49,651 bases of DNA. Source: a virus. Its lineage: Duplodnaviria; Caudoviricetes. Shown here piece after piece: positions 9,071 through 18,710 of this stretch. The stretch's first letter is position 1. Each line of letters starts with the position of its first letter. Where the stretch lies: positions 1 through 49,651 of IMG/VR virus record IMGVR_UViG_3300025018_000200; one strand, 5' to 3'. The notes under the pieces are model-generated. The model had not been told where the DNA came from. It worked only from the letters and a program-made list of their open reading frames with translations, and did no database searches. Position numbers and translations under genes: made by a program.

Positions 9071-9122
9071 AAACGCCCCCCTCCCAGACCACCAGATCGG
9101 TGGCCGGGAGGGGGGCGTTTTT
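9071..9122. terminator. Bidirectional intrinsic terminator between the convergent arms
   Basis: AAACGCCCCCCTCCC...GGGAGGGGGGCGTTT stem with an inner CCACC/GGTGG stem and A/T flanks. Confidence 0.85.
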
Positions 9123-9125
9123 CGT

Positions 9126-12100
9126 TTACATCCGGCCGAGCGTGGACCGGGTCTCTTCCTGCATCTCCATCAGCTGCGCCCGCAGGCGAGCGATGCGCTT
9201 CCGCTTCTCTTCCACCGACAGGCTCGGGCTGGAGCGGATCGAGGCCATCTGCCGCGCCACGTCGGTGGCCGAGCCCCGGAAGGCCGCCACCTCCTGCTGG
9301 CGTGCCTGGGTCGGGTCGGAGGCCGAGGTCCCGCCCGTCAGCAGGCCCAGGATCGAGCCCAAGATCGGGTCGCTGGACACCTGCGCCTGGCCCTGGGGGA
9401 GCATGCCCGGGGCGGGGAGCACCCGGTCCTGGTTCGCCCCGAGCCGAAGAGCTCGGCCCAGGTTCTCCTGCCAGTCCTGCGGCTCGGCGTCCGTACGAGC
9501 GGCGGCCTGTAGCGCCCGACCGACAGCGTCCGAGCGGGAACCGCCCAGCGCCGACGGGGGGAGCCAGAACTCGGTGAGGAACTTGCCCCACTGCAGGGCC
9601 GCCTCACCCGACGACATCCCCTGCTGCACGATGGGGCGCCCCAGGCTGTCTTCGTTCCGACGGAGCGCGTCGATCAGCGCCATCGCCGGAGGGGTCAGCA
9701 TCCCGCCCCGCAGGCCCTCGGTGGCCGGGGTACCCGCCGCACCGCTCCCGAAGAAGGACGCGATGGGATCGCCCGCCTGCTCCTTCAGGTCCTGCAGGAC
9801 GTACCAGGGCAGGAAGTACGCCAGGTCGATGTACTGCGCCCGACCCGCAGCGTCCGCGCCCGGCAGGCGCAGGACCAGGTTGTCCCGCAGGTGCCGAGGC
9901 AGGGCCGCCACCTCTCGAGCCACGCCCTCGGGGCCCTCAGCGGGCGACCAGGGGCCGGACTCGTTCGCCTCCTCCACGGTGCGGTGGTACTTCAGCACCC
10001 GGTGGGGGTTACGGTGCAGGGTCTCCGCGACGTACGGGACTGCCTTGAACGGGAACGTGGCGAACGGCACCACCCCGTACTTGCGAGCGAAGTCCACCAG
10101 GTAGGGGACGTCCGCGTAGTTGAAGAGCGCCTGCTCTGCCAGCGCCCCGGCCTGCTTGGCCAGGTCGACCCGCAGCTCAGGGGTCAGCGTCCGGCCGGCA
10201 CGCGCCACGCCGGAGGCCAGCTTCTCGTACTGGTCGATGAACACGTCGAGCTTGAAGGTCTGCTCCGAGAACTCGAACGCCTTCATGCCCGCCTGGGCGG
10301 TGCCCCGGTAGACGCCGTTCATCGCCTCGAAGACCCCGGTGAAGAACCCCTGCCAGGACCTGCGGTCCACGGGGGCCTTGGAGATCGTCTGCGCGAAGTC
10401 GATCAGCTCCTGCCGGGAGAAGGTGTGCTGGAACAGCGACAGCCCCGCCTCCTCGGCGAGCTTCATGTACGGGCCCAGGTCCCCGGTGGTCATGAACCGC
10501 TGGATCTCCCGGCCCGACTTGATCAGCTTGTCGACCCGGAGGGGGTTCGTGCCCTGCAGGTCCATCAGGACCATGTTGCCCAGCATGTTGCGGAACTGGG
10601 CGGTCGGGTCCATGATGACCTTCATGACCTTGAAGTGCCCGGTCGCGTCCCGGATCAGGTCCATGGTCTTGTTCGCCATGTTGGTCGTGGGGTTGGCCAC
10701 ATCGCCAACGCCCTCGAGCCGGCGGAGGGTCAGGTAGGTGCCAGGCTCAACGTACCGCCCGGCCATCTCCCCGTAGGTGGGGTTCGCCGGGACTTGCATC
10801 GTGTGCTTGGCGGTGCGGGTAGCCGAGGAGATCGTGTTGTCGACCTGCTCGATGATCGACCCGGCGCCCAGCTCAGCGATCTCGGTGGGCTTCAGCGGCC
10901 GACCGACGGCCCGCTCGATGTCGGTCATCAGCTGGTCCGGGAGCTTGTCGCCCCGGGTGATGATGGACTTGGCCCGCTCGATCAGCTCCCCAGCCTCCGG
11001 GCCGATGCGCCGGACGCCCGCCAGGTCGTCGAGGAACTTGCGCGTCTCAAGCAGCCGGCCAGCGTCGGCCGCCTCCGAAGCCACCCGGGGGGCGGCGGTG
11101 AGGATCTCGCCGAGCGCGTCAGCGATCTCGGGGCGGATGTTCTCCCGCTTGGAGACAATCTCCGCCCGCTCCTGGATCGCACGCCAGGTGGTGCCGTGCC
11201 CGTGCGCCATGTCCAGGAGCTTGTTCCGGTAGCTCTCCAGCCCCAGCTGGGTGTACTCGGCGCCCGAGAGGTGGTTGCCGATCTTCTCCCAGAACTTGCC
11301 GTCCATCTCGATGCCGCCCAGCATGTTGGTCTGGACGTGCTCGAAGACGTCGGAGGCGGTCTTGTCCGGGTTCTGGCCCAGCCAGTCGATCAGGTCCTTC
11401 GAGAAGGTCTCGGTGTCGAAGGCGTTGCGGGCCTGCGGGTTGAAGTAGGGGCTGGCGTTCACCGTGCCACGGAACGCAGCGCGCCCGGCCCGGTCGGTGG
11501 GGCGGACGGCCCGGAACCCGGCCCCGGCCACCTCGTCAGCGAACTGGTCGAGGTTCTGCTTCAGGGCCTTGAAGCTGACCCGGGTCACGTCCTTGGCGAG
11601 ATCCGGCTTGGAGACGATCAGCGCCTCCATCCGGTCGATGTAGTCCAGGGGCTTCTCGAACGCCGCGAAGATGCGACGCAGGTGGGTCCCCTGGTAGGTC
11701 TCCATGTCGGTCGCGTCGATCAGCCCGGCCCCGTACAGGCCCTTGCCGATCTCGTCGTCGAGCCGACGCGCACGGTCGTAGACCGAGTAGAACAGGTCCT
11801 CGCTGATCCCCTCGGCGGCCAGCTTCTTCGTGAAGGCGTCCGCCGCAAGCTCCTGCGCCGGCTCCAGCGTACGGCCAGCGCGGTTCAGGTAGACGGCCTC
11901 GGTCTCGAGCGCCTCAGCCAAGAGCTCTTGGGCCCGGGGGCCGCGCAGCTTCTCGGCCTTCTTCATGACCGCGAACCCTTCCATCCGCCACCGGGTGACG
12001 TCCTGCTCGAAGCGGCCCAGCTTCTGGACCAGCTCCTCGGGGACCCCGGCGAAGCGGTTGGTCGTGTACTGCGCGATCCGGGTGGACCAGAAGTCCCACT

Positions 12101-12656
12101 TCGTGGGGCCCATGACCTCCCGCCCGAGGCGGTGGATCTGGGCCCCGATCACGTCCTTGGCGACGAACTTCGTGGCGGAGATCAGCTCCTCAGCCGGGTT
12201 GGCGACCAGGTTGATCGCCCGGGCTACCCCGGCCCCGCCCGTGCCCAGCTTCGCCAGGCCCTTGGTCAGGCCGGTGAAGAGCAGCGGGTCGTAGAGCAGG
12301 CTGATCGCCAGGTTGGTCCCGAACTTCGCCCACCCGGCCTGCTCCGCCTGCTCCCCGAGGAAGGTGCGGCGGATCTCGTCGGCCTCGATGGGCTTCTCGT
12401 TCGACCAGGGGTTGAAGTACCGGGCCGCGTGACCCAGGGAGTCCATCAGGTCCATCGGCTGGAAGCCGTCGGACGCCACCCCCTGGGTCAGCGCGAAGAG
12501 CCCCTGCTGCGGTGCCTCGAAGGGCGCGAAGACGCGCTCCAGGAAGTTCCGCTCGTACTCGGGCTCAAACGAGACGTCCGAGAAGCGCGTGGGGGCAGTG
12601 GGGGTAGCCGGGCCCCTTACAGGCTGGGCCCCGTACACGCTGAAGAAGTCGGACAT
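9126..12656 (-). CDS. Large internal virion (ejection) protein, 1176 aa
   Basis: Last and largest gene of the structural operon; helical; C-terminal ALFNYADVP...VPFATFPFKA pattern; position equivalent to T7 gp16. Confidence 0.7.
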   Translation of the reverse strand: MSDFFSVYGAQPVRGPATPTAPTRFSDVSFEPEYERNFLERVFAPFEAPQQGLFALTQGVASDGFQPMDLMDSLGHAARYFNPWSNEKPIEADEIRRTFLGEQAEQAGWAKFGTNLAISLLYDPLLFTGLTKGLAKLGTGGAGVARAINLVANPAEELISATKFVAKDVIGAQIHRLGREVMGPTKWDFWSTRIAQYTTNRFAGVPEELVQKLGRFEQDVTRWRMEGFAVMKKAEKLRGPRAQELLAEALETEAVYLNRAGRTLEPAQELAADAFTKKLAAEGISEDLFYSVYDRARRLDDEIGKGLYGAGLIDATDMETYQGTHLRRIFAAFEKPLDYIDRMEALIVSKPDLAKDVTRVSFKALKQNLDQFADEVAGAGFRAVRPTDRAGRAAFRGTVNASPYFNPQARNAFDTETFSKDLIDWLGQNPDKTASDVFEHVQTNMLGGIEMDGKFWEKIGNHLSGAEYTQLGLESYRNKLLDMAHGHGTTWRAIQERAEIVSKRENIRPEIADALGEILTAAPRVASEAADAGRLLETRKFLDDLAGVRRIGPEAGELIERAKSIITRGDKLPDQLMTDIERAVGRPLKPTEIAELGAGSIIEQVDNTISSATRTAKHTMQVPANPTYGEMAGRYVEPGTYLTLRRLEGVGDVANPTTNMANKTMDLIRDATGHFKVMKVIMDPTAQFRNMLGNMVLMDLQGTNPLRVDKLIKSGREIQRFMTTGDLGPYMKLAEEAGLSLFQHTFSRQELIDFAQTISKAPVDRRSWQGFFTGVFEAMNGVYRGTAQAGMKAFEFSEQTFKLDVFIDQYEKLASGVARAGRTLTPELRVDLAKQAGALAEQALFNYADVPYLVDFARKYGVVPFATFPFKAVPYVAETLHRNPHRVLKYHRTVEEANESGPWSPAEGPEGVAREVAALPRHLRDNLVLRLPGADAAGRAQYIDLAYFLPWYVLQDLKEQAGDPIASFFGSGAAGTPATEGLRGGMLTPPAMALIDALRRNEDSLGRPIVQQGMSSGEAALQWGKFLTEFWLPPSALGGSRSDAVGRALQAAARTDAEPQDWQENLGRALRLGANQDRVLPAPGMLPQGQAQVSSDPILGSILGLLTGGTSASDPTQARQQEVAAFRGSATDVARQMASIRSSPSLSVEEKRKRIARLRAQLMEMQEETRSTLGRM

Positions 12657-12657
12657 C

Positions 12658-15174
12658 TCACCTCTCTCTCAGCAGCCCGTCGATGGACTGCACTGCGATC
12701 CTCTGGTCCGCCAGGGTGCCCTGGAAGCTCAGGAGGAGCTGGCGGAAGCCGGCACGGTCGGTGATGTTGCCTGCCTGGTTGACCAGCCCGCGCTCGAGTA
12801 GCCCAGCGAGGGGGATCCCCAGGGTGCGGGAGACGTTCAGGACGTACTGCGCCTCCTCGTGGCTGGGCTGCCAGCCCCCAACGAACCCGTTGAAGAAGTC
12901 CTGGGTCCGGGTAGGGAGCTCGTCGAGCATGCCGATGAAGGTCTCGGCCGTGTTCTCGTACGAGGCCATCGTCTGCTCGAGGTTCATGCGCTCGTCGGCG
13001 TTCTCGAGGTTCCAGGTCTGCCCGGTGATGGCGCCGAGGGACTCGGCCGCCGCCGTGGCCAGGTTGAAGTCCTGCTGGTACTCGGCGCTGGCCCGCTGCA
13101 GGATCGGCAGGACCGCCGAGGCGTCGAAGATGCCGGCCGCCTCCAGCGCCGTCTCGCCATGCGTCGCCAGCAGGTCCTCGTAGACCGCCGACGCGCCCCC
13201 GAACAGGATCCCGTCCTCGCCGATGCTGGGGGACAGCGTGGCGGCCAGGTTCTCCAGGTCCAGGGTCACCGCGTCCGAGGCGTCCGGGAGCAGGGTCAGC
13301 CCCGGGATGCGCTGGATGGCGGCGGTGTAGATCGGGTCGCCGGTCTCGAAGCCGAGCTCCCCGGCGGTGGGGATCCGGCCCGACTCCTGGATGAACGCCC
13401 GGGCGTAGGCCAGGGTGTCCGCCTCGGCGCGAGAGCGGGTGGTGTTCCGCTCCACCGTGATCAAGGTCTGGAGAGCACGTGCCGTCTCCTGCGGGTCCAT
13501 CAGGGAGGCGTCGATCCCGTACTGTTGCGCCAGGGCCGCGAGCCCCTCCCGGTCCCGGACCTCGAAGGTACCGTCGGGGTTGGCCGCGACCATCCCCATC
13601 ATGGTCTGGTCCGCCTGGACCCAGCCGTTGTAGTTGGAGGTGGCGGAGTTGAGGTCCCCCACGCTGATCCCGATCCCGTTCTTCACAGCGTTGTGGATGT
13701 CGGAGGTGGGGATCGAGACGGAGCCGGGCGCCGGGGCGTTGAGGCTGTTGAGGTAGCCTTGCAGGCGTTGCTCCTCCAGGGCCATCCCCTGCTGCTCCAG
13801 CGCCAGGCGCTGGGTGGCGATGTCGTTATCGAACCGGCGCTGTTCCTCTGCCGTGGCGGCCTGCCAGGTAGCGTGCCGGGCCTCGGCCAGGGCCACCTGC
13901 ACGTTGGCCTTCTCGATCTTCTCGGCGCTCGAGAGCCGGCTGTCGGCCGTCTCCCGGAGGGAGGCCAGCAGCTCGCCCTGCGCGTCCTCGGGAATCCCGA
14001 GACCGGCGAAGAGCTCCCCGCCTACCTGCGCCAGCAGGTCACCGCGCCCAAGCTCGACGAGCTGGGTGACCATGGCGACCCGGGTGTTGGTCATGTCGAG
14101 CCGAGCCGCGTCGGTGCTGACGTTCAGCCCCTCGGCCCGGGCGATGGACTCGGCCTCCTGGGCCCCGACGTAGTCGATGGTGGCCCGGAGGTAGTCGAGG
14201 TCCCCTTGGACGATAGCGTCGCGGGTGAGGCCGGTGGCAAGCGTGTGGCGAAGCTCCTCCTCGGCGATGCCCGTCTGGGCCGCGAACGTGCGGACCTGGT
14301 GCTCGAGCGTCCGGTTGAAGAGCTCCGCCCCGTTGTCGAGCTCTCGGGTGCGGGCCTCCAGGTTCCGCAGCTCGGCGGAGAACTGGGCCGGCAGGTTGCC
14401 GTTCACCAGCTCGAGCTGGTTGCCTTCGAGCGTGAGGAGCCGGTTCTGCAGCTCCAGGCTGTCGACGATGAACCCGTGCTTGTCCGCGTCGAACTGGGTG
14501 TTCTGGAAGATCTGCGCCGTCTGCGCGTCGATCTGCGTGGTCTGGGCCACCGTCTGGTCGACGTTGGCGCGGGCCTGGCTGAGCGAGGTGCGAGCGGAAT
14601 CCCACTGCAGGGCGTTCCACTCCTCCGCGTCCCCGCCGCGAGCGGCCAGGGCCTCGTCCAGCTGGTTGCGGAACGCCTCCGCCTCTTCCCCCTGCATCCC
14701 CGAGCGGGCGATGACCGCGTCAGCGGCCAGGCCCACGAAGGCGGGGTTGAAGGCGGTCCCGATGGGGGCCGTGAAGACGCTGTCGACCAGGTTGACCGCG
14801 TCGGAGAAGTTGTCGAAGAGCGAGGTGCGGACGCTGTTCTGCGCCACGCTCAGGAGCGGGCTCCCCAGCCCCTGCAGGGCCTCGACCTGGGCCCACTGCT
14901 GCTCCGGGGTCATGTTCGCCATCTGGTCGAGGGCGATCTTCGAGACCTCGAAGAGCTCGTTACGGTCGAGGACCCCCAGCTGGAACGCTTCCTGGGCCTT
15001 GGCCAGCCGCTCCTGGAACGCCTGAGCGTCCTTCTGCTGCTGGGCCTGGAAGGTCATCTGCTGCTGCGCGAGGTCGTACTGCTTGTTGGTCGCGTCCTGC
15101 TGCTGCCACAGCTGGCGCCACTGCAGGAGCGAGTCGTTGGTGGCCTGGGCGGCCGAGCCTGCGAAGAGGGCCAT
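12658..15174 (-). CDS. Internal virion (ejection) protein, 838 aa, coiled-coil rich
   Basis: Q/E/A/L-rich helical sequence between the other ejection genes; position equivalent to T7 gp15. Confidence 0.65.
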   Translation of the reverse strand: MALFAGSAAQATNDSLLQWRQLWQQQDATNKQYDLAQQQMTFQAQQQKDAQAFQERLAKAQEAFQLGVLDRNELFEVSKIALDQMANMTPEQQWAQVEALQGLGSPLLSVAQNSVRTSLFDNFSDAVNLVDSVFTAPIGTAFNPAFVGLAADAVIARSGMQGEEAEAFRNQLDEALAARGGDAEEWNALQWDSARTSLSQARANVDQTVAQTTQIDAQTAQIFQNTQFDADKHGFIVDSLELQNRLLTLEGNQLELVNGNLPAQFSAELRNLEARTRELDNGAELFNRTLEHQVRTFAAQTGIAEEELRHTLATGLTRDAIVQGDLDYLRATIDYVGAQEAESIARAEGLNVSTDAARLDMTNTRVAMVTQLVELGRGDLLAQVGGELFAGLGIPEDAQGELLASLRETADSRLSSAEKIEKANVQVALAEARHATWQAATAEEQRRFDNDIATQRLALEQQGMALEEQRLQGYLNSLNAPAPGSVSIPTSDIHNAVKNGIGISVGDLNSATSNYNGWVQADQTMMGMVAANPDGTFEVRDREGLAALAQQYGIDASLMDPQETARALQTLITVERNTTRSRAEADTLAYARAFIQESGRIPTAGELGFETGDPIYTAAIQRIPGLTLLPDASDAVTLDLENLAATLSPSIGEDGILFGGASAVYEDLLATHGETALEAAGIFDASAVLPILQRASAEYQQDFNLATAAAESLGAITGQTWNLENADERMNLEQTMASYENTAETFIGMLDELPTRTQDFFNGFVGGWQPSHEEAQYVLNVSRTLGIPLAGLLERGLVNQAGNITDRAGFRQLLLSFQGTLADQRIAVQSIDGLLRER

Positions 15175-16457
15175 CAGCTGCTCCGGGTGATGCCGCCGAC
15201 CCCGACCGTGCTAGAGGCCGAGAACGGCTTGGTCAGGTTCCCCCCGGCCGGTTGCTTCTGCCAGGCGTCGGCGGTGTTCTGGGCCCCGCTGATGGCGCCG
15301 CCGGTAGCGGCCCCCTTGCCGGAGCCTGCCGCCTTGACGCCCTCGGCCTGGCGGCCCAGGAGCTGGTCGAGCCCGCCGATCCCCTGGCCCATCAGGCCGC
15401 TGGCGATCTGGCCGATCTGCCCGAGGCCCTGGAGCTGCGGGTTGAGGTAGTTCTGCTGGTAGATGCCTTGCATGATGCCGAGCGGCTCGGTGTAGGCCGC
15501 GTTGCGGAGCGCCCCCTGCTGGAGGGTGACGTCGTTCTGCATGCCCTGGAGCCCGGCCATGCCCTGCGCCGCGCCCAGCCCGTAGTTGGCGGCCGACTGG
15601 TCGATCCCAGCCTGGAGCTGCTGACCGGCGAGCTGCTGTCCGAACTGCTGGCCCTGGGCGCCGAGGTTCGCGTTGAAGGCGTTGAGCGCCGACTGCTGCC
15701 CCAGCTGGTTCATGCCCAGGTTGTACTGGGAGCCCATCCCGGTCATCTGCATGAGGTTGTTCGCGTCGAGCTGGGCGCCCTGCAGGGCAGCGTTGCCCGT
15801 CATGTCGGCGATCCCGCGCTCGAGCCCAGCCAGCTGCTGCCCCGCACCGAGCGCGTTCTGGGTCAGGGCGGCGGCAGCCGCACCGCTATTGGGCGCCAGG
15901 CCCTGCGCGGCCAGCTGGGTGTTCAGCCCGCTCTGGAGCTGCCCCGTCTGGGCCGCTACCTGCTCACGGGCCGCCGTGCGGGCGTTGGCCCCCTGAGACA
16001 GGGCGTTCTGGGTGAACTGGTCCGCCAGCTGCTGCGGGTTCTGGAAGTTGAACTGGTCCATCCCGGGGGCGTTGAAGCTCATCTGCTGCCCCGCCTGAGG
16101 GATGCTGACGTTGTTCTGGTAGCCGCCCTGAAGCAGCGACAGCGCCTGACCGGCGATGCCCTGGTCACCGAGCGCGTTGGCGGTGGCGTTGCTGTTCTGG
16201 GCCACGCCGGTAGCTGCGCCCTGGGCCTGGTTCAGGACCTGGTTCGCCAGGTTGGGGTTCTGGAACTGCCCGTACTGGTCCGTCACGTTGCCGAGCATCT
16301 CCTGCCCGGTCGAGATGACGTTGCCCAGCATGTCGCGCTGGGCGTTCATGTCCTGGCTGTACTGCTTCTGGGCCTTGGCGCCCTTGATGCCAGAGTTGAT
16401 GGCCTGGCCGGCCTGGACGCCAGCACCGATGCCCTGGATGGCTGCGGGTACACCCAT
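15174..16457 (-). CDS. Gln/Gly/Ala-rich DNA transfer (pilot) protein
   Basis: Start MGVPAAIQGIGAGV at 16457 with AAGGAG RBS, coupled to the GNAT stop; composition typical of podovirus ejection proteins. Confidence 0.65.
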   Translation of the reverse strand: MGVPAAIQGIGAGVQAGQAINSGIKGAKAQKQYSQDMNAQRDMLGNVISTGQEMLGNVTDQYGQFQNPNLANQVLNQAQGAATGVAQNSNATANALGDQGIAGQALSLLQGGYQNNVSIPQAGQQMSFNAPGMDQFNFQNPQQLADQFTQNALSQGANARTAAREQVAAQTGQLQSGLNTQLAAQGLAPNSGAAAAALTQNALGAGQQLAGLERGIADMTGNAALQGAQLDANNLMQMTGMGSQYNLGMNQLGQQSALNAFNANLGAQGQQFGQQLAGQQLQAGIDQSAANYGLGAAQGMAGLQGMQNDVTLQQGALRNAAYTEPLGIMQGIYQQNYLNPQLQGLGQIGQIASGLMGQGIGGLDQLLGRQAEGVKAAGSGKGAATGGAISGAQNTADAWQKQPAGGNLTKPFSASSTVGVGGITRSS

Positions 16458-16951
16458 CAGCGATCTCTCCTTGCCCGCCAGCGGGCGTCCCAAGCGTCAC
16501 GGTTCATGATGTGGAAGTGCATGAAGGGCTTGAAGCCACCTCGATGCAGGATCTCCACAACCTTGGGGTCCTTGCCCTGGGTGAAGGCAACGACCCACTC
16601 AGCCTCGAGATTCTCGAAGGCCCACTTCAGGGCGTGCAGGGTGGCGCGAACGCCGGTCCCGCTGCCCCAGTCGGCTGGGTCCACCAGAACCGTGGCGATC
16701 TCCCACTCCCCGACGCGCTTGTCGAGGAGGGTGTGCCCCTTGTACTCGCCCCCCTTCATGATGGCCCAGGCCTCGAACGATCCCGCCTGGTGGGCGGCCA
16801 TGATGTTGTCGTAGAACTGCTCCAGCGTCGGCTTCTGAGCCAGGAGCGTGGGGTCGACCCCCATGTGGTCGCCCAGGAAGCCGTCGTACATGGCGTTCCA
16901 GGCGGCGTACCACATGGGGGGCGTCATCTCGTCGAGCGGGACGAGCGTCAA
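16457..16951 (-). CDS. GNAT-fold acetyltransferase-like protein in the virion module
   Basis: WEIATVLVDPADWGSGTG (acetyl-CoA motif A), LKWAFENL, LHRGGFK; upstream of the ejection genes, like T7 gp13. Confidence 0.75.
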   Translation of the reverse strand: MTLVPLDEMTPPMWYAAWNAMYDGFLGDHMGVDPTLLAQKPTLEQFYDNIMAAHQAGSFEAWAIMKGGEYKGHTLLDKRVGEWEIATVLVDPADWGSGTGVRATLHALKWAFENLEAEWVVAFTQGKDPKVVEILHRGGFKPFMHFHIMNRDAWDARWRARRDR

Positions 16952-16961
16952 GGGGTCTCCT

Positions 16962-17330
16962 TTACCGGCGAATCAGGGCAGCTTCGAGTTCCTGGATGCG
17001 GAGCTCGTCAGCGGTGAGAGCAGGAACGCGAGTCTCGATGGCGGCCTTGGAAGCGACCGCCACGACCTCCGGGGCAGGCCCCTCCTTGCTCTCGAAGATG
17101 CCGAAGCGGTTGAGGACCATGACGGCCAGGTCGATCAACCACTCGATCACAGTGACGGTGCGCTCGTTGACGGGGACCCCGAGCTTGCCCAGGGTGTCGG
17201 TCACAAACTTGACCGCCAGGGCCTTGCGCTGCTCCCCCGGGGTGCTTGAGTCGGCGAAGTTCTGGACGAACGTCACCGCAGCGACGATCAGGGGCAGGTA
17301 CTTGATGGCGAACGTGACAGCTGCAAGCAT
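16962..17330 (-). CDS. Putative holin or lysis-associated membrane protein
   Basis: Hydrophobic N-terminus; GEQRKALAV...IEWLIDLAV pattern; directly after the endolysin. Confidence 0.55.
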   Translation of the reverse strand: MLAAVTFAIKYLPLIVAAVTFVQNFADSSTPGEQRKALAVKFVTDTLGKLGVPVNERTVTVIEWLIDLAVMVLNRFGIFESKEGPAPEVVAVASKAAIETRVPALTADELRIQELEAALIRR

Positions 17331-17332
17331 GG

Positions 17333-17881
17333 TTACTCCTCGGCGGGCGTGGCCCGCGTGATGTCGATCTTCGTGCCCCGCGTGCGCCAGAGGAACTCCC
17401 CCCGAATCACGATGGGTGCCGACCCGAAGCCGTTGAAGACCACCGTCTCCGCTCGAGCGGGAGGGGCGCTCTGGTACCAGGCCCCGATGGCGTCAAGCAG
17501 GTTCGCCACCCGGCGGACCCAGCCCCGGCCGAAGGTGTCGAAGTGCCCTAGGCCGGCGTAGAACCGGAGGCGCGTCGCGGCGTAGGAGACCAGGTCGTGA
17601 TTCACCTCGAGCCACTCCAACGCTCGCCCCACGCCGTGGTTGACGGCCGCGTCGAAGACCATCCACCGCATCCCGTCCGGGAGCGTGGCGGGGATCTTCT
17701 CCCAGTAGTCGCGCCGGTAGATCTCAGCCGCCTGGGCCTTGGTCAGGGCGCGGATGTTGAGGTGGGGATAGCTTCGCTTGGAGATCCCGAAGTTCGTCTC
17801 GCCCCCTGGGTCGTCGGGGTGGTTGACGTACCCGCCCTCGGCCTTGAAGAGGTGCTCGAGCGCGGTCTCCCACAGGGTCAT
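17333..17881 (-). CDS. Endolysin, glycoside hydrolase family 108
   Basis: EGGYVNHPDDPGGETNFGISKRSYP, IYRRDYW, FDAAVNHG and FGRGWVRR. Confidence 0.92.
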   Translation of the reverse strand: MTLWETALEHLFKAEGGYVNHPDDPGGETNFGISKRSYPHLNIRALTKAQAAEIYRRDYWEKIPATLPDGMRWMVFDAAVNHGVGRALEWLEVNHDLVSYAATRLRFYAGLGHFDTFGRGWVRRVANLLDAIGAWYQSAPPARAETVVFNGFGSAPIVIRGEFLWRTRGTKIDITRATPAEE

Positions 17882-18156
17882 CCAACCACCACCAGCTTCA
17901 GCACGGCCCCGATCACGGCCACGATCACGACCCAGGTCACGTTGCGGATGTTGCTCGAGATCTGAGACAGGGTGTCGTTCATGTGCTTCAGCTCGTTCTG
18001 GAGCTTCGCCAGCTCAAGGTCCTGCTTCACCTGCGTCGCCATCAGGGAGGCAACCTCAACCTTCGTAGCAAAGTGAGCTTCCAGCCGGAGCTGGAACCGC
18101 TCCAGCACGTCGTTGAGGCGACGTTCCTGGGGCTCATTCCCCTCCGTCTGAGGCAC
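17878..18156 (-). CDS. XhlA-like holin/antiholin (coiled coil plus C-terminal TM segment)
   Basis: Coiled coil followed by NVTWVVIVAVIGAVLKLVV; directly upstream of the lysin. Confidence 0.65.
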   Translation of the reverse strand: MPQTEGNEPQERRLNDVLERFQLRLEAHFATKVEVASLMATQVKQDLELAKLQNELKHMNDTLSQISSNIRNVTWVVIVAVIGAVLKLVVVG

Positions 18157-18304
18157 TCTCTCCCTCCCCCGGCTCAGCGAGTAGGTCGTCCAGCAGCTGG
18201 ATCTGACCGAGCGTGCGCTCCATGCGCTGGGCCAGCTGCTGCGCTACCCCCCGCAACTGTGCGAGGTCATCCGCGAGTCGGTCGCGTCGTTCCTGTAGGG
18301 TCAC
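18134..18304 (-). CDS. Small coiled-coil protein (MTLQERRDRLADDLAQL..., 56 aa)
   Basis: GTG at 18304 after GAGGAG; TGA at 18134; fills the gap after the chaperone; below the ORF-track cutoff. Confidence 0.6.
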   Translation of the reverse strand: MTLQERRDRLADDLAQLRGVAQQLAQRMERTLGQIQLLDDLLAEPGEGESASDGGE

Positions 18305-18710
18305 TTCGCTCTCCTCGGTCGGCTGCCGTCGGGGGCTCCGGCCATGTGATGTCGTCCGGGAAGCCCGGCTGCTCTGGGACCGCTCGGAGCGCGCCCCGGT
18401 AGGTGCGCCAGATCAGCCACGTCTCCACAGGGACGTCCTCGAGCTGGGTCCAGTCGGTGGCGGCCAGGCGTCGGTCTCGCTCCATCCGCGCCAGGGCCTC
18501 ACGCTCCGCCAGGGGCGGCGGGGGCGGAGGCTCGTAGGCGGCTATGCCCTTGCCCTCGGCCTCCTCTCGCAGGAGCCGGGCGTAGATCTCTCGGCCGTGA
18601 GGCTCGGGGTCGTCGGGGGAGGCGGTGAAGGGGATCCACCCGAACTCCGGGTGCTCGATCTCCACGTCCACCGTTCCGTGCTGGTTGCGTCTAGGGTTGC
18701 GGGTGTTCAT
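18267..18710 (-). CDS. Tail fibre assembly chaperone
   Basis: HPEFGWIPFTASPDDPEPHG and RMERDRRLAATDWTQLED...YRGALRAVPEQPGFPDDITWP. Confidence 0.85.
   Translation of the reverse strand: MNTRNPRRNQHGTVDVEIEHPEFGWIPFTASPDDPEPHGREIYARLLREEAEGKGIAAYEPPPPPPLAEREALARMERDRRLAATDWTQLEDVPVETWLIWRTYRGALRAVPEQPGFPDDITWPEPPTAADRGERSDPTGTTRPTRG

Noticed and set aside
9126-12656. 1176-aa protein as a tape measure or virion RNA polymerase
   Set aside because: No tail tube, sheath or frameshift chaperone genes and no recognisable RNA polymerase motifs; gene order fits an ejection protein.
9891-16814. Very long + strand ORFs (957, 863 and 520 aa) and similar ones elsewhere, e.g. 24165-26051 and 32231-33985
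   Set aside because: They are antisense shadows of real high-GC3 genes, with no RBS or motifs and a skewed composition.
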